The translations under genes and the position numbers were made by a program. Shown here in pieces: positions 40,700-49,273 of a stretch of DNA of 64,000 bases. Origin of the DNA: a virus; IMG/VR virus record IMGVR_UViG_3300009514_000888, positions 64,001 to 128,000 of that record, one strand, 5' to 3'. Each line of letters starts with the position of its first letter. Within the stretch, counting starts at the first letter, position 1. The notes under the pieces are model-generated. The model searched no databases and had not been told where the DNA came from. It saw only the letters and a program-made list of their open reading frames with translations.

Positions 40700-41817
40700 A
40701 GACGATCAGTCTGTATTTTGATGGAAGCATTCTGCGCGCCGCGCGCGCCTCAGATGGACAATATCTTGTGAAGGACAACAATTACTCCGTTGGGCTATGG
40801 TCCGGAGAGCATGTCAAGGCAGCTGTGCCGCCTTCTCCGCTAGAAATGCCGCCTGTTTCGTCATTTAAGCCTTACTTAAATGGGCGATATGAAGTCTCTA
40901 TGGGTATCTATTCTATCGGGACCGATTTTGGGAATGGCGAAGCAGATAAGCGCATTTTTCAAATTGACAGAGATTTTTATCGTTACCAGGAAGCCAAGAG
41001 AGAATCTGCCAGGAGTCAGATTGGGCATATTCATTTACGTGGAGGGCTAGGCAATGACGCGGAGGCGTCGGCCACATCTTACTTTGTGCATACTTTATCG
41101 AGGGAGTATCCGGACTATTTCTCTCTAAGACGTATGAGGCATGGGTATCTTGAATTTCGTTCTTACTTAGATGGATATGTCTTAACGCTCAATCGTCGTA
41201 TGCAATTATTGGGCGTCTACAATCAATACGATCCAGGCACTTATGACAGGGATATGAGCCTGAACTTGACATCTTTGGACTGTTTGGGTTTTATGATTCA
41301 GGCAGACTTTGCAATTGTAGAATTCAACAAAAACAGGGATTGGGTCAGTTACATGCATGTATCCATGCCTTCGGGTTGGCGTCCGAAGGATAAAATTATG
41401 AAGAGCTTTTCTGATGTGCATAAGCCCGTTCCTGGCATGGGCAAGCTGCGTAAACAAGGGTTCCAAATTAGCCAGACGATTTGCCGAAAAGGACCATTTG
41501 TGCGATTTGTCTGGGGGCCAACTAGCGATTTGGACCTAGATCACCATCCAGATAGGTTTTCGCCTAAAGGTTGGGGGAATATTTACCTCCGCGTAGAAAG
41601 ACAGGTAACGGTGCCTTTTCCGGATTGTAATGCATGTTTATTCTTAATTCACGTGTATCCGGTCGATGTAGATTGGGGAGTCGATACCGAAACGAGTGCC
41701 GCTATCATATCAGCAATCGAGGGCATGACAGGGGAGGAGCTGCGCTACAAAGGGCTGGATGGCTGGGAAGACAGAATAGTTGGATATATAGAAAGGAAGT
41801 GCAAAAAGCGCATTTGA
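40696..41817 (+). CDS. DUF3445 / heme-dependent oxidative N-demethylase alpha-subunit-like protein
   Basis: Q.DFAI, PSGW.P.DKI...F.DVH.PVP, YLRVERQ....FP...LF.I pattern. Confidence 0.65.
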   Translation: MKTISLYFDGSILRAARASDGQYLVKDNNYSVGLWSGEHVKAAVPPSPLEMPPVSSFKPYLNGRYEVSMGIYSIGTDFGNGEADKRIFQIDRDFYRYQEAKRESARSQIGHIHLRGGLGNDAEASATSYFVHTLSREYPDYFSLRRMRHGYLEFRSYLDGYVLTLNRRMQLLGVYNQYDPGTYDRDMSLNLTSLDCLGFMIQADFAIVEFNKNRDWVSYMHVSMPSGWRPKDKIMKSFSDVHKPVPGMGKLRKQGFQISQTICRKGPFVRFVWGPTSDLDLDHHPDRFSPKGWGNIYLRVERQVTVPFPDCNACLFLIHVYPVDVDWGVDTETSAAIISAIEGMTGEELRYKGLDGWEDRIVGYIERKCKKRI

Positions 41818-41860
41818 ATTACAAATGAATTAGTGTATTTGCACCAAAGAAGGGGACGGC

Positions 41861-42610
41861 ATGCCTAATCGTAAGAAAGAAAAGACACAGAGCAGATCAC
41901 GGAAAGCAAAAGAGGCGGCTAATCATTTTATCCAATGCTTTGACGAGACTGATGGAGCAGAAAACCTAGAAGAGCTTACTGAAGCCGTATCTGAATCCGT
42001 ATCTGAATCCGTATCTGAATCCGTATCTGAATCTACTGCTACAGAAAATCAATCATTATCAGTTACCCGCAAGCCATACGTCGCCCAGCGAGTTCCCTAT
42101 CTACGATGGTGGTTGTTGCTGTGTAGCATTTTGGTTGGAGCATATTTGTGCTGGAAACTTGGTTTCTTTCATACAGTGATGGAACACGACATCACAAAGA
42201 TCAGCCTATTGATTGCGGCTATTTTTATATACATGACGATCTTGTGCGGCTACTTGACGTGGAGGGTCAGTTGTTATGTAGATATGCTGGGTATGAAGGT
42301 GGATGTTCGCCCTGGCGGAGAGATGGTGTCGCTGGAGAGGCTCAGACATCGGGCGGAGGTTGGTTGGTTTTTCAGCGATCAATGTTTGACGCTAGGCATG
42401 ATTGGTACTGTCGTTGGTTTTATCATCATGTTAGCTGGCGGGTTTCAGCAACTAACAGGAGGAGACACTACAGCCATACAAGCATTGATCGGCAAGATTA
42501 GCGCTGGCATGGCAACCGCTCTCTATACCACTCTTGTGGGATTGGTATGCAGCTTGCTTTTGAAGTTACAATATTTCAATCTTAGTCGAGCAATAGAAGA
42601 ATTGAAATGA
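41861..42610 (+). CDS. MotA/TolQ/ExbB-family proton channel protein
   Basis: Four hydrophobic helices; LGMIGTVVGF and GMATALYTTLVGL. Confidence 0.85.
   Translation: MPNRKKEKTQSRSRKAKEAANHFIQCFDETDGAENLEELTEAVSESVSESVSESVSESTATENQSLSVTRKPYVAQRVPYLRWWLLLCSILVGAYLCWKLGFFHTVMEHDITKISLLIAAIFIYMTILCGYLTWRVSCYVDMLGMKVDVRPGGEMVSLERLRHRAEVGWFFSDQCLTLGMIGTVVGFIIMLAGGFQQLTGGDTTAIQALIGKISAGMATALYTTLVGLVCSLLLKLQYFNLSRAIEELK
41981..42034 (+). repeat. 12-bp tandem repeat (GAATCCGTATCT, ~4.5 copies) encoding ESVS
   Basis: In-frame, near-perfect tandem repeat in the ExbB-like N-terminus. Confidence 0.9.
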
Positions 42611-43296
42611 GAAAATATGGCGCTCAAACTGCGTTTCTGGACGTGTTGTTCTTATCCTTATTAGGCTTCGTGGCACTGACCCTTTTGGAGTTACTGCTTA
42701 TCAATCCGATTGAGCAGAATAAGACTATTGAGGCCAGGGCAGAATTTATGATTACCGTGAGTTGGCCGGATGATCTTGCTCATGATGTAGATACATGGGT
42801 AGAAGACCCTGTTGGCAATGTTGTCTCGTTTAAGCAGAGAGAAAAAGGCTTGATGCATCTGGATCGTGATGATCTTGGACATCGGAATGACACGATTATG
42901 ACTGAATACGGGAGGGTGGAGTTCAAGGGTAATCGAGAGATTGTAACAGTTCGTGGGATAGTCCCTGGCGAATACATCGTCAATGTCCACCTGTATCGTA
43001 TGGAGAGCCAGGATGAAGCCCTGGTCACTGTTCAATTGGATAAGATCAGTCCTTTTAAGACTGTCATTGTTAAAATGGTAACGCTTGTGAGTCATGGAGA
43101 AGAATTAACAGCATTTCGTTTTTATGTCAATAGAGATGGACAGGTTTCGAATCTCAATGAATTGCCTAAGTTTGTGGCTCAACCGCAGCTGAACCCAGGG
43201 TTTGTCGGAACGCCACCGGCGTCGCGTCCGAATGCCATCAACCCGCCCAACCATGACGGAGTCCCTAACCTGATCCCTGACGAGGAAGATGAATGA
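42607..43296 (+). CDS. ExbD/TolR-like single-TM partner with extracytoplasmic beta domain
   Basis: FLDVLF (membrane Asp) at the N-terminus; W....DVD.WV.DP, LDRDD.G, PGEY.VNVH; follows the ExbB-like gene. Confidence 0.6.
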   Translation: MRKYGAQTAFLDVLFLSLLGFVALTLLELLLINPIEQNKTIEARAEFMITVSWPDDLAHDVDTWVEDPVGNVVSFKQREKGLMHLDRDDLGHRNDTIMTEYGRVEFKGNREIVTVRGIVPGEYIVNVHLYRMESQDEALVTVQLDKISPFKTVIVKMVTLVSHGEELTAFRFYVNRDGQVSNLNELPKFVAQPQLNPGFVGTPPASRPNAINPPNHDGVPNLIPDEEDE

Positions 43297-43904
43297 GTAT
43301 CACGATTCCCCTTGCCTTCATTATGATGAATGCCATTGTCTTGTGGCTGATCATCGGGACCAAGGGATCAAAAGTCAACCCTGGTGCCCCTGGCAGCTCA
43401 ATACTGAAGCTGATGGTACTGTTGATGGCTAACTATTTTGCTATAGCCATTTGGCATTCCTTAGATAGCTATAAAGGATGGGCAACCCCGGATGCCTTAC
43501 CAGCGGAATTTGTGGTCATAGGAGCAGATGTGATAGAACCCAAGAAGACCACTGGCGATCCAGGATATGTATACTTGTGGATCAAAATCATAGACAAGGA
43601 TACGGATCAGGATCGCATATTGTCCTGGATGGGATATCATGCCGGTCCGGGGGAGCCTCGGGCCTATGCATTGCCATACTCTCGTAAACTTCATGAGCAA
43701 GTCAACCAGATACAACAGATGTTGCGTGACGGGAAAATGGTTAAGGGACAAAATGGAAAACCAGGAGAAGGCGACGGGATCAAGGACAAAGATGGCGACA
43801 AGGATGGCAGTAGTGGTGAAGGGGATATGAGTCAAGAGCAGGAAATAGAATTTCATGAGCTGAGGCCAGGATCATTGCCAGACAAGTATAAGAGACATCA
43901 TTGA
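43293..43904 (+). CDS. Membrane protein, third gene of the ExbBD-like trio
   Basis: Two N-terminal TM helices, G/D/K-rich tail; ATGA overlap. Confidence 0.6.
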   Translation: MSITIPLAFIMMNAIVLWLIIGTKGSKVNPGAPGSSILKLMVLLMANYFAIAIWHSLDSYKGWATPDALPAEFVVIGADVIEPKKTTGDPGYVYLWIKIIDKDTDQDRILSWMGYHAGPGEPRAYALPYSRKLHEQVNQIQQMLRDGKMVKGQNGKPGEGDGIKDKDGDKDGSSGEGDMSQEQEIEFHELRPGSLPDKYKRHH

Positions 43905-44116
43905 TGATTTGGGCAGTTATTGATTTAGGGAACAACGAGCAGGTCGTGCATCGCAAGGACATCTTGTATGTAATGCTTAGTAGAGAGCAATACAGACCTC
44001 TGAGCTGGCAGGTGTTAATGGAATGGGAGGACGAGGAGATGGAGGGCTTCCTGTATTCTATGCAGGCGGCGGGTGCCTCTGACCCTGTAATTACTTATCC
44101 CTACAAAATGGAATGA
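43901..44116 (+). CDS. Hypothetical protein
   Basis: 71 aa, overlaps both neighbours. Confidence 0.45.
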   Translation: MMIWAVIDLGNNEQVVHRKDILYVMLSREQYRPLSWQVLMEWEDEEMEGFLYSMQAAGASDPVITYPYKME

Positions 44117-44997
44117 TATTTGACTACGAAACTGCTTTCTCCCGTAACCTTGGATGGTTGACTCTTGATGAGCAGCAAATTCTAAGGGGGAAATGTGTCG
44201 CCATTGCTGGGTTGGGCGGCGTAGGCGGGCATTACTTATTAACATTAGCCAGGATGGGTATCGGTTCGTTTCGCATATCTGATATTGACGATTTTGAGTT
44301 AGAAAACTTTAATCGACAAATGGGAGCAACTTTGCGGACAATTGGGAACCCCAAGGTAGGTATTTTGCGAGATCAAGCCCTGGATATCAACCCAGAATTG
44401 AATATAGAGATATTCCCCAATGGCGTGTTCCGATACAATGTGTCGGATTTTTTGAGAGGCGCAGATATCTTTGTAGATGGATTTGACTTGTTTGCCATAC
44501 AAGAGCGACAAGACACTTTTGCCATGTGTCATAGAATGAAGATGCCTGCCATTACCTCCGCGCCGCTTGGGATGGGGGCATCCTGCATTTCTTTCTTCCC
44601 GGACAAAATGACTTTTGAAGAATATTTTCGCCTAGAAGGGCATTCCCCGGTCGAGCAGCTGATCAGGTTTTTGGTGGGCATGTCTCCTCGCGCTTTGCAT
44701 GCCAAATATCTCGCAGACTTTTCTCACATTGACTTCGAAAACCGGCAGGTGCCTTCGACGGCAATGGGCTGTTATTTGGCGGCAGGCTGGGTGGGCGCTC
44801 AGGTAGTCAAGATTCTTCTGGGTCGCAGGGGCATGAAATATGCGCCTCATATTTATCATTTCGATGCCTATCGTGGCATGATGAAACATTCTTGGCGTCC
44901 ATTCGGCAATAACAACCCTTTACAGAAGATTATCTTGAGCCTGGCTCGCCGTAAATACGCCAGATTATCTAGGCAAATAAAGAAGGAATTGTCCTAG
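44113..44997 (+). CDS. ThiF/MoeB/E1-like adenylyltransferase
   Basis: AFSRN, IAGLGGVGG, DIDDFELENFNRQ, PKV. Confidence 0.88.
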   Translation: MIFDYETAFSRNLGWLTLDEQQILRGKCVAIAGLGGVGGHYLLTLARMGIGSFRISDIDDFELENFNRQMGATLRTIGNPKVGILRDQALDINPELNIEIFPNGVFRYNVSDFLRGADIFVDGFDLFAIQERQDTFAMCHRMKMPAITSAPLGMGASCISFFPDKMTFEEYFRLEGHSPVEQLIRFLVGMSPRALHAKYLADFSHIDFENRQVPSTAMGCYLAAGWVGAQVVKILLGRRGMKYAPHIYHFDAYRGMMKHSWRPFGNNNPLQKIILSLARRKYARLSRQIKKELS

Positions 44998-45009
44998 AAA
45001 AATAGTATT
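44984..45009 (+). promoter_or_regulatory. Putative promoter AGGA-N17-GTATT
   Basis: Spans the ThiF stop, upstream of ORF 45037. Confidence 0.4.
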
Positions 45010-45036
45010 ATTACATAGGAGATAAGGAGGGAAGAG

Positions 45037-45285
45037 ATGCGTAAACTTTGGCATTTCATCGGTATGCTATTCGGATTTTGCGTTCGTCCCAAAGGGCGAG
45101 AATGGGTCTTGGTAGACAAGACTGTTTTGCCGTCTGCTTGGCAGCAGATGATTGACAAAGGACTGACGCCGAGGACCGTGGATACGACAGAAGCAGGCGC
45201 AACATTTTTCCGCAACAAAGTAGTTTATACGTATCGTTGCAGGAGAACGAAAGAAGTAAAAAAAGTCGTAGAGTATAATCCTTGA
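45037..45285 (+). CDS. Hypothetical protein
   Basis: 82 aa, AGGAGG RBS. Confidence 0.6.
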   Translation: MRKLWHFIGMLFGFCVRPKGREWVLVDKTVLPSAWQQMIDKGLTPRTVDTTEAGATFFRNKVVYTYRCRRTKEVKKVVEYNP

Positions 45286-45423
45286 TTTTCACAGAAATTA
45301 AGACCCAAGTTGTATAAAGCTTGCGAGTCTTAGAAGGAGTACTGCCTACGTAGATGGTAGTACATACCTAGATCAGCTGATCAAAAATATCAGTAAGCCA
45401 CAAACCTAATAGGAGGGTACGAA

Positions 45424-45843
45424 ATGGCTGAATTGCTCCCTGAATCCGGAGAAGAGATCAATCCTCGTAAGGGCGAGGATAATTACCAGATTCTCTTCAA
45501 CAATGCCAAGCTGACCTACGATAAGTTTCTGGATATCATCTCTCGCGAGAGTGTACGTTCCAGCGACCATTCTGCTCAGTTGAACAACATTGCTGTTCAG
45601 CACTTGCAGAATGCCGTAGAGAATGCTAACCTGATTTCCAAGAACAGCATTGTTAACCTTGACCTGTGCGACAAGCACGCCATGAACAACTTCGCTCTGA
45701 GCGTTAATAAGCTCTGGAATCTTGAGGTTCCCGAGGCTGCAAGCCAGGCTGAAGTTCTGAAGGCTGTTGGCATGGATCAGGCCACTATCGCTGCTATTCA
45801 GGCTGCCGTCGTTGCGGCTGTCCAGAATGCAGTCGCTAAGTAA
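45424..45843 (+). CDS. Ala/Asn/Gln-rich helical protein, paralog A
   Basis: AGGAGG RBS; PESGEEINPRKGEDNYQ, LQNAVENAN and WNLEV shared with paralog B. Confidence 0.8.
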   Translation: MAELLPESGEEINPRKGEDNYQILFNNAKLTYDKFLDIISRESVRSSDHSAQLNNIAVQHLQNAVENANLISKNSIVNLDLCDKHAMNNFALSVNKLWNLEVPEAASQAEVLKAVGMDQATIAAIQAAVVAAVQNAVAK

Positions 45844-45854
45844 TTGGTAATCCA

Positions 45855-45882
45855 CGTTATAGCCGGGAAACCGGCTATAACG
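45855..45882 (+). promoter_or_regulatory. Perfect 12-bp hairpin with GAAA loop between the paralogs (attenuator or stabiliser)
   Basis: CGTTATAGCCGG-GAAA-CCGGCTATAACG followed by GTTTTGTT. Confidence 0.7.
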
Positions 45883-45928
45883 GTTTTGTTAACGTTAACG
45901 TCCACTTGATATCAAGGAGAACGAAGAG

Positions 45929-46399
45929 ATGGCTGAAACGATTGAAAATGGCGAGACTCTGAATCCTGAGTCCGGAGAGGAAGTAAATCCCCGTAAGGGA
46001 GAGGATAACTACCAGAACTTGTTCAACAACTCTAAGCTCACGTATGACAAATTCCTCGACCTGATTACGCGCGATAGCCATCGCAGTAGCGATCATGGCG
46101 CGCAGATGAATCACATTGCGATGCAGGCGCTTCAAAATGCTGTTGAAAATGCAAATATGTTAGCGAAGAACAATCTTACCAATGCTGACCTGCTGAATAA
46201 GCACAGTATGAATAATTTTGCGGTAGCCACCGATAGGATGTGGAACCTAGAAGTGACGGAGGCTGCTTCTATGTCCAGTCTGCTTAAGGCGTCTGGCATG
46301 AACCAGGCCACCATTGCGGCTATACAGTCCCTAATTGTCAAGACTGTTCAAGACACGTTGGCAAATATGGCTGCCGGTGACGAAGACGGCGGCGAGTGA
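45929..46399 (+). CDS. Ala/Asn/Gln-rich helical protein, paralog B
   Basis: AAGGAG RBS; collinear similarity to paralog A. Confidence 0.8.
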   Translation: MAETIENGETLNPESGEEVNPRKGEDNYQNLFNNSKLTYDKFLDLITRDSHRSSDHGAQMNHIAMQALQNAVENANMLAKNNLTNADLLNKHSMNNFAVATDRMWNLEVTEAASMSSLLKASGMNQATIAAIQSLIVKTVQDTLANMAAGDEDGGE

Positions 46400-46426
46400 A
46401 AGGGCTAAATGCCTAAACAGAAATCT

Positions 46427-46455
46427 AGCCCCGCTCTATGAGCGGGGCTTTTTTT
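46427..46455 (+). terminator. Intrinsic terminator
   Basis: AGCCCCGCTC-TAT-GAGCGGGGCT followed by a T tract. Confidence 0.88.
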
Positions 46456-46504
46456 CGTGCGATAATTTGCCGATAGAAACCAGAGACAACAGACGGAGAC
46501 AATC

Positions 46505-46918
46505 ATGCTATCCTCTACCATTGTTGATGAAGCGTTCAAGCCTATCGTTTTTGGGCTTGATTTAGGCGCGTTGCTCGTTTTGGGATGTTTTGTGGCTTAT
46601 GCTGCTTTGACGCTAGTGGTCTTCTGGAAGGCGCATGAGAAGGGCAAGAGATGCGGCGTCTATGAAGGCTACTCCACTGGATACCAGGCAGGACAATCGC
46701 CAGAACCAGAACCAGAACCAGAAGCAGAACCGTCACTGGAGCCCCTGCTAGAGATGGACCCGGAGCCAGCAAAGACGGTTCGAAGAACTGTCAAGGTCAG
46801 GACGAGCAAGAAAGGAGAGCAGACCGCAGTGGCTCCCAAGCGAAGGGGCAGACCTCCTGGGTCTAAGAATAAGAAAAAAACTCCAGCCAAGAAAGCCTCT
46901 CACAAAAAGAGGGATTAG
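46505..46918 (+). CDS. Membrane-anchored protein with (PE)n linker and C-terminal AT-hook-like motif
   Basis: TM helix at about aa 13-41, PEPEPEPE, PKRRGRPPGSKNKK. Confidence 0.7.
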   Translation: MLSSTIVDEAFKPIVFGLDLGALLVLGCFVAYAALTLVVFWKAHEKGKRCGVYEGYSTGYQAGQSPEPEPEPEAEPSLEPLLEMDPEPAKTVRRTVKVRTSKKGEQTAVAPKRRGRPPGSKNKKKTPAKKASHKKRD

Positions 46919-46960
46919 CCCTATGGGTGGGCAAGGTATGCATAGGAAAGGATGCGAATT

Positions 46961-47068
46961 ATGGTTTGGTTTATCCTGGGGTTCGTATGCGGCGTCTTGT
47001 TTGCCCTTCCCGCACGCGCTTTGTGGGGCAATCTTATGCGCTGGATCAATAAGAAACTGGACAAATAA
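46961..47068 (+). CDS. 35-aa single-TM peptide (not in ORF track)
   Basis: MVWFILGFVCGVLFALPARALWGNLMRWINKKLDK*; AGGA RBS. Confidence 0.45.
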   Translation: MVWFILGFVCGVLFALPARALWGNLMRWINKKLDK

Positions 47069-47140
47069 AGATCAATCGAGCACCAGCGCATAGCCAGGTT
47101 CGAAAGAAAGACTAATTGTTCGTGCCTCCTGTCGCTTCAT

Positions 47141-47179
47141 AACAAGCCCAGCGTTTTCTCGACGTTGGGCTTGTTTTTT
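47141..47179 (+). terminator. Intrinsic terminator
   Basis: AACAAGCCCAGCGTT / GACGTTGGGCTTGTT stem plus TTTT. Confidence 0.75.
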
Positions 47180-47198
47180 GTCGATATCTAATTATGCC

Positions 47199-48584
47199 AT
47201 GAAGTTTATCAACGAGACGAAAAACACTGTTTACCTACATGATATAGATAAGCATATAACTTACCAGGGAGATGAGCCTCAGGAGATAGATGCAGATACT
47301 ATTTTGAAGTCTCATGGCTTCCAAAAGCTAGTAGAGATAGGGAAGTTCAGGATCGTATCTATTGGCTCTAGTCGCATAGAGAAAAACCTGCTGCGAATAC
47401 AGAAAATGAAGATTGTTAATGCCCATCCTGTTGTCACTGAAAACCAGCACATAGCAACGGACCTGGAGGTCCTGATCAAAGGACACTTCCTGGAAGCCGG
47501 AGGATATGCCAAGGTGAACCGGAACCTCGCGCTTGGGTTGCAGAAATTGGGTGTCAACGTCAAGGTGGATATCGTAGGCGGCACAAAGTCAGAATTGACA
47601 GCACAGGAGATGAAATCTATTCTGAGGCTCAGGGGTAAGCCCAGCCGTAATGCTATTCGATTGGACAGCGTAGTCCCCACGTTTGGCGTCTGTAGTCCAG
47701 GGAAGCACAAGATACTCTATACGACGGTCGAGGCTCATTCGGTCCCAGATCAATTCATAGAAGCCGCAAATATATATGACGAAGTCTGGGTAACATCCAA
47801 CTTTTGCGCGGATATTCTAACGAAATCAGGACTTGCAAAGCCTGTATTTGTTTTGCCAGATTCGATAGATACATCCCTATATACCGAGGAAGGGGAAGAA
47901 TACGAGTTCCAGCCATCTCTTAGCAACCATTTTGTGTTTGTAAGTGTATTTGGTTGGTCTTATCGCAAGGGATACGATGTCCTGCTGAAAGCATATTTGC
48001 GGGAATTCAGCGGAGATGATCCTGTTACATTGTTGCTGGTTAGCCGATTCCAGAACCGCTCATCCAATAGACAGCATATTAAAGATGAGGTATCTTCCTA
48101 TATCAGGCAATATGGGGGCGATAACCCGCCCAATATTGTGCGATGCTCCAAAGTGATACCAGAACATCAGATGCCGTCTTTATATCGGGCATGTGATGCG
48201 TTTGTGCTTTTTACTCGCGGCGAGGGATTTTCTCTTTGTTATCCAGAGGCATCGTTGTGCGGTTTGCCTATTATTGGCACCAATTGTAGCGGGCAAACTA
48301 TGTTCTTGAATCATCAGAACTCTTATCTTTTGGAGCCAGATCGATTTGCCAAGATGCCGCCTGGGAAGATGCATGTGCATTACTGGGACAATCAAGTCTT
48401 CCCCGTGTTAACATCCGATGAAGTTATTGATGAGGCCGGCGGGCTCATGAGAGCAGTATATGAGGATGTCATAACAGCAGTTAAGAAAAATGACAAGCTA
48501 CAGAAGTGGGTAAGAGAGAATTACCCGATAGAAACAGTCGCCCAGAAAGCGAAGGATCAGCTGTTAAGGAATTGGAGACCATAA
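47199..48584 (+). CDS. GT4-family glycosyltransferase with N-terminal ~55-aa module
   Basis: GGYAKVNR, YRKGYDVLLKAY, TRGEGFSLCYPEASLCGLPII; start ATG 47199 inferred. Confidence 0.85.
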   Translation: MKFINETKNTVYLHDIDKHITYQGDEPQEIDADTILKSHGFQKLVEIGKFRIVSIGSSRIEKNLLRIQKMKIVNAHPVVTENQHIATDLEVLIKGHFLEAGGYAKVNRNLALGLQKLGVNVKVDIVGGTKSELTAQEMKSILRLRGKPSRNAIRLDSVVPTFGVCSPGKHKILYTTVEAHSVPDQFIEAANIYDEVWVTSNFCADILTKSGLAKPVFVLPDSIDTSLYTEEGEEYEFQPSLSNHFVFVSVFGWSYRKGYDVLLKAYLREFSGDDPVTLLLVSRFQNRSSNRQHIKDEVSSYIRQYGGDNPPNIVRCSKVIPEHQMPSLYRACDAFVLFTRGEGFSLCYPEASLCGLPIIGTNCSGQTMFLNHQNSYLLEPDRFAKMPPGKMHVHYWDNQVFPVLTSDEVIDEAGGLMRAVYEDVITAVKKNDKLQKWVRENYPIETVAQKAKDQLLRNWRP

Positions 48585-49273
48585 TGTTAGCTGTGGTAGA
48601 CCCGTCTCGGCACACGATAATCTTGTATGGGAGCTTTGGGGAAAGGGCTTTTACTTTTTCCCAGGTTCGAGAGTTCGAGGCGGCATTCGACAGAACTCCC
48701 ATGACTTATGTGACAGCCGCGATTCATACATCAGGGGCAGAGGTCGCAAACCTGGTGCGCAGCATGAGTGAGGGGCCTGCCACGGATGCGCCGACAGAAC
48801 CCGTGAGTCAGTTCTACTATCTTCGTTCGACAGCCAAGGGTTCATGCGTTATTAGTGGAACTAGCTTATCGTTTACAGGGCCAAGCGATGCCAAGAGGCT
48901 TGACGAAGACTTGGTTCAATTAATTCAGAATAGCGATGTTTTGCAGAACCTTATCAAGCAGGGAAGGCTTGAGATCATTAGCGAGCATCAATTCAAACAG
49001 GTTTGCAGAGATCATCAGGCGTATCTATCTAAAAGACATAAGCTAGAGCATTTGCGGGATAAGAAGGAATTGGATTCTATCCTGATCCAGAATGATAAGC
49101 CTGGGTCAGCGTTAGAGGTAGCGATTGGGGGGCGTCCAGACCCAGACGATATTGTCGTCACAGAGGATATGACGGAAGATATAAACAAAGGACGTAGGTC
49201 TTTGGAAGATTTGAATCCTGATGATTTAACGCCGGAAGAATTAGCATCTCTTTATGGCGGGGATTTCGCGTGA
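48584..49273 (+). CDS. Hypothetical protein containing the shared ~55-aa module
   Basis: TAATG overlap with the GT4 stop; YLRSTAKGSCVISG...NSDVLQNLIKQGRLEI. Confidence 0.65.
   Translation: MLAVVDPSRHTIILYGSFGERAFTFSQVREFEAAFDRTPMTYVTAAIHTSGAEVANLVRSMSEGPATDAPTEPVSQFYYLRSTAKGSCVISGTSLSFTGPSDAKRLDEDLVQLIQNSDVLQNLIKQGRLEIISEHQFKQVCRDHQAYLSKRHKLEHLRDKKELDSILIQNDKPGSALEVAIGGRPDPDDIVVTEDMTEDINKGRRSLEDLNPDDLTPEELASLYGGDFA

Noticed and set aside
41981-42034. CRISPR-like repeats
   Set aside because: 12-bp head-to-tail repeats with no spacers, in frame within a CDS; no cas genes in the window.
47085-47125. tRNA-like GGTTCGAA
   Set aside because: No acceptor, D or anticodon stems can be formed around it.
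9344-47185. Sigma-28-like GCCGATA promoters (28805, 30800, 35716, 46469)
   Set aside because: No TAAA -35 element at the expected spacing; too short to separate from chance.
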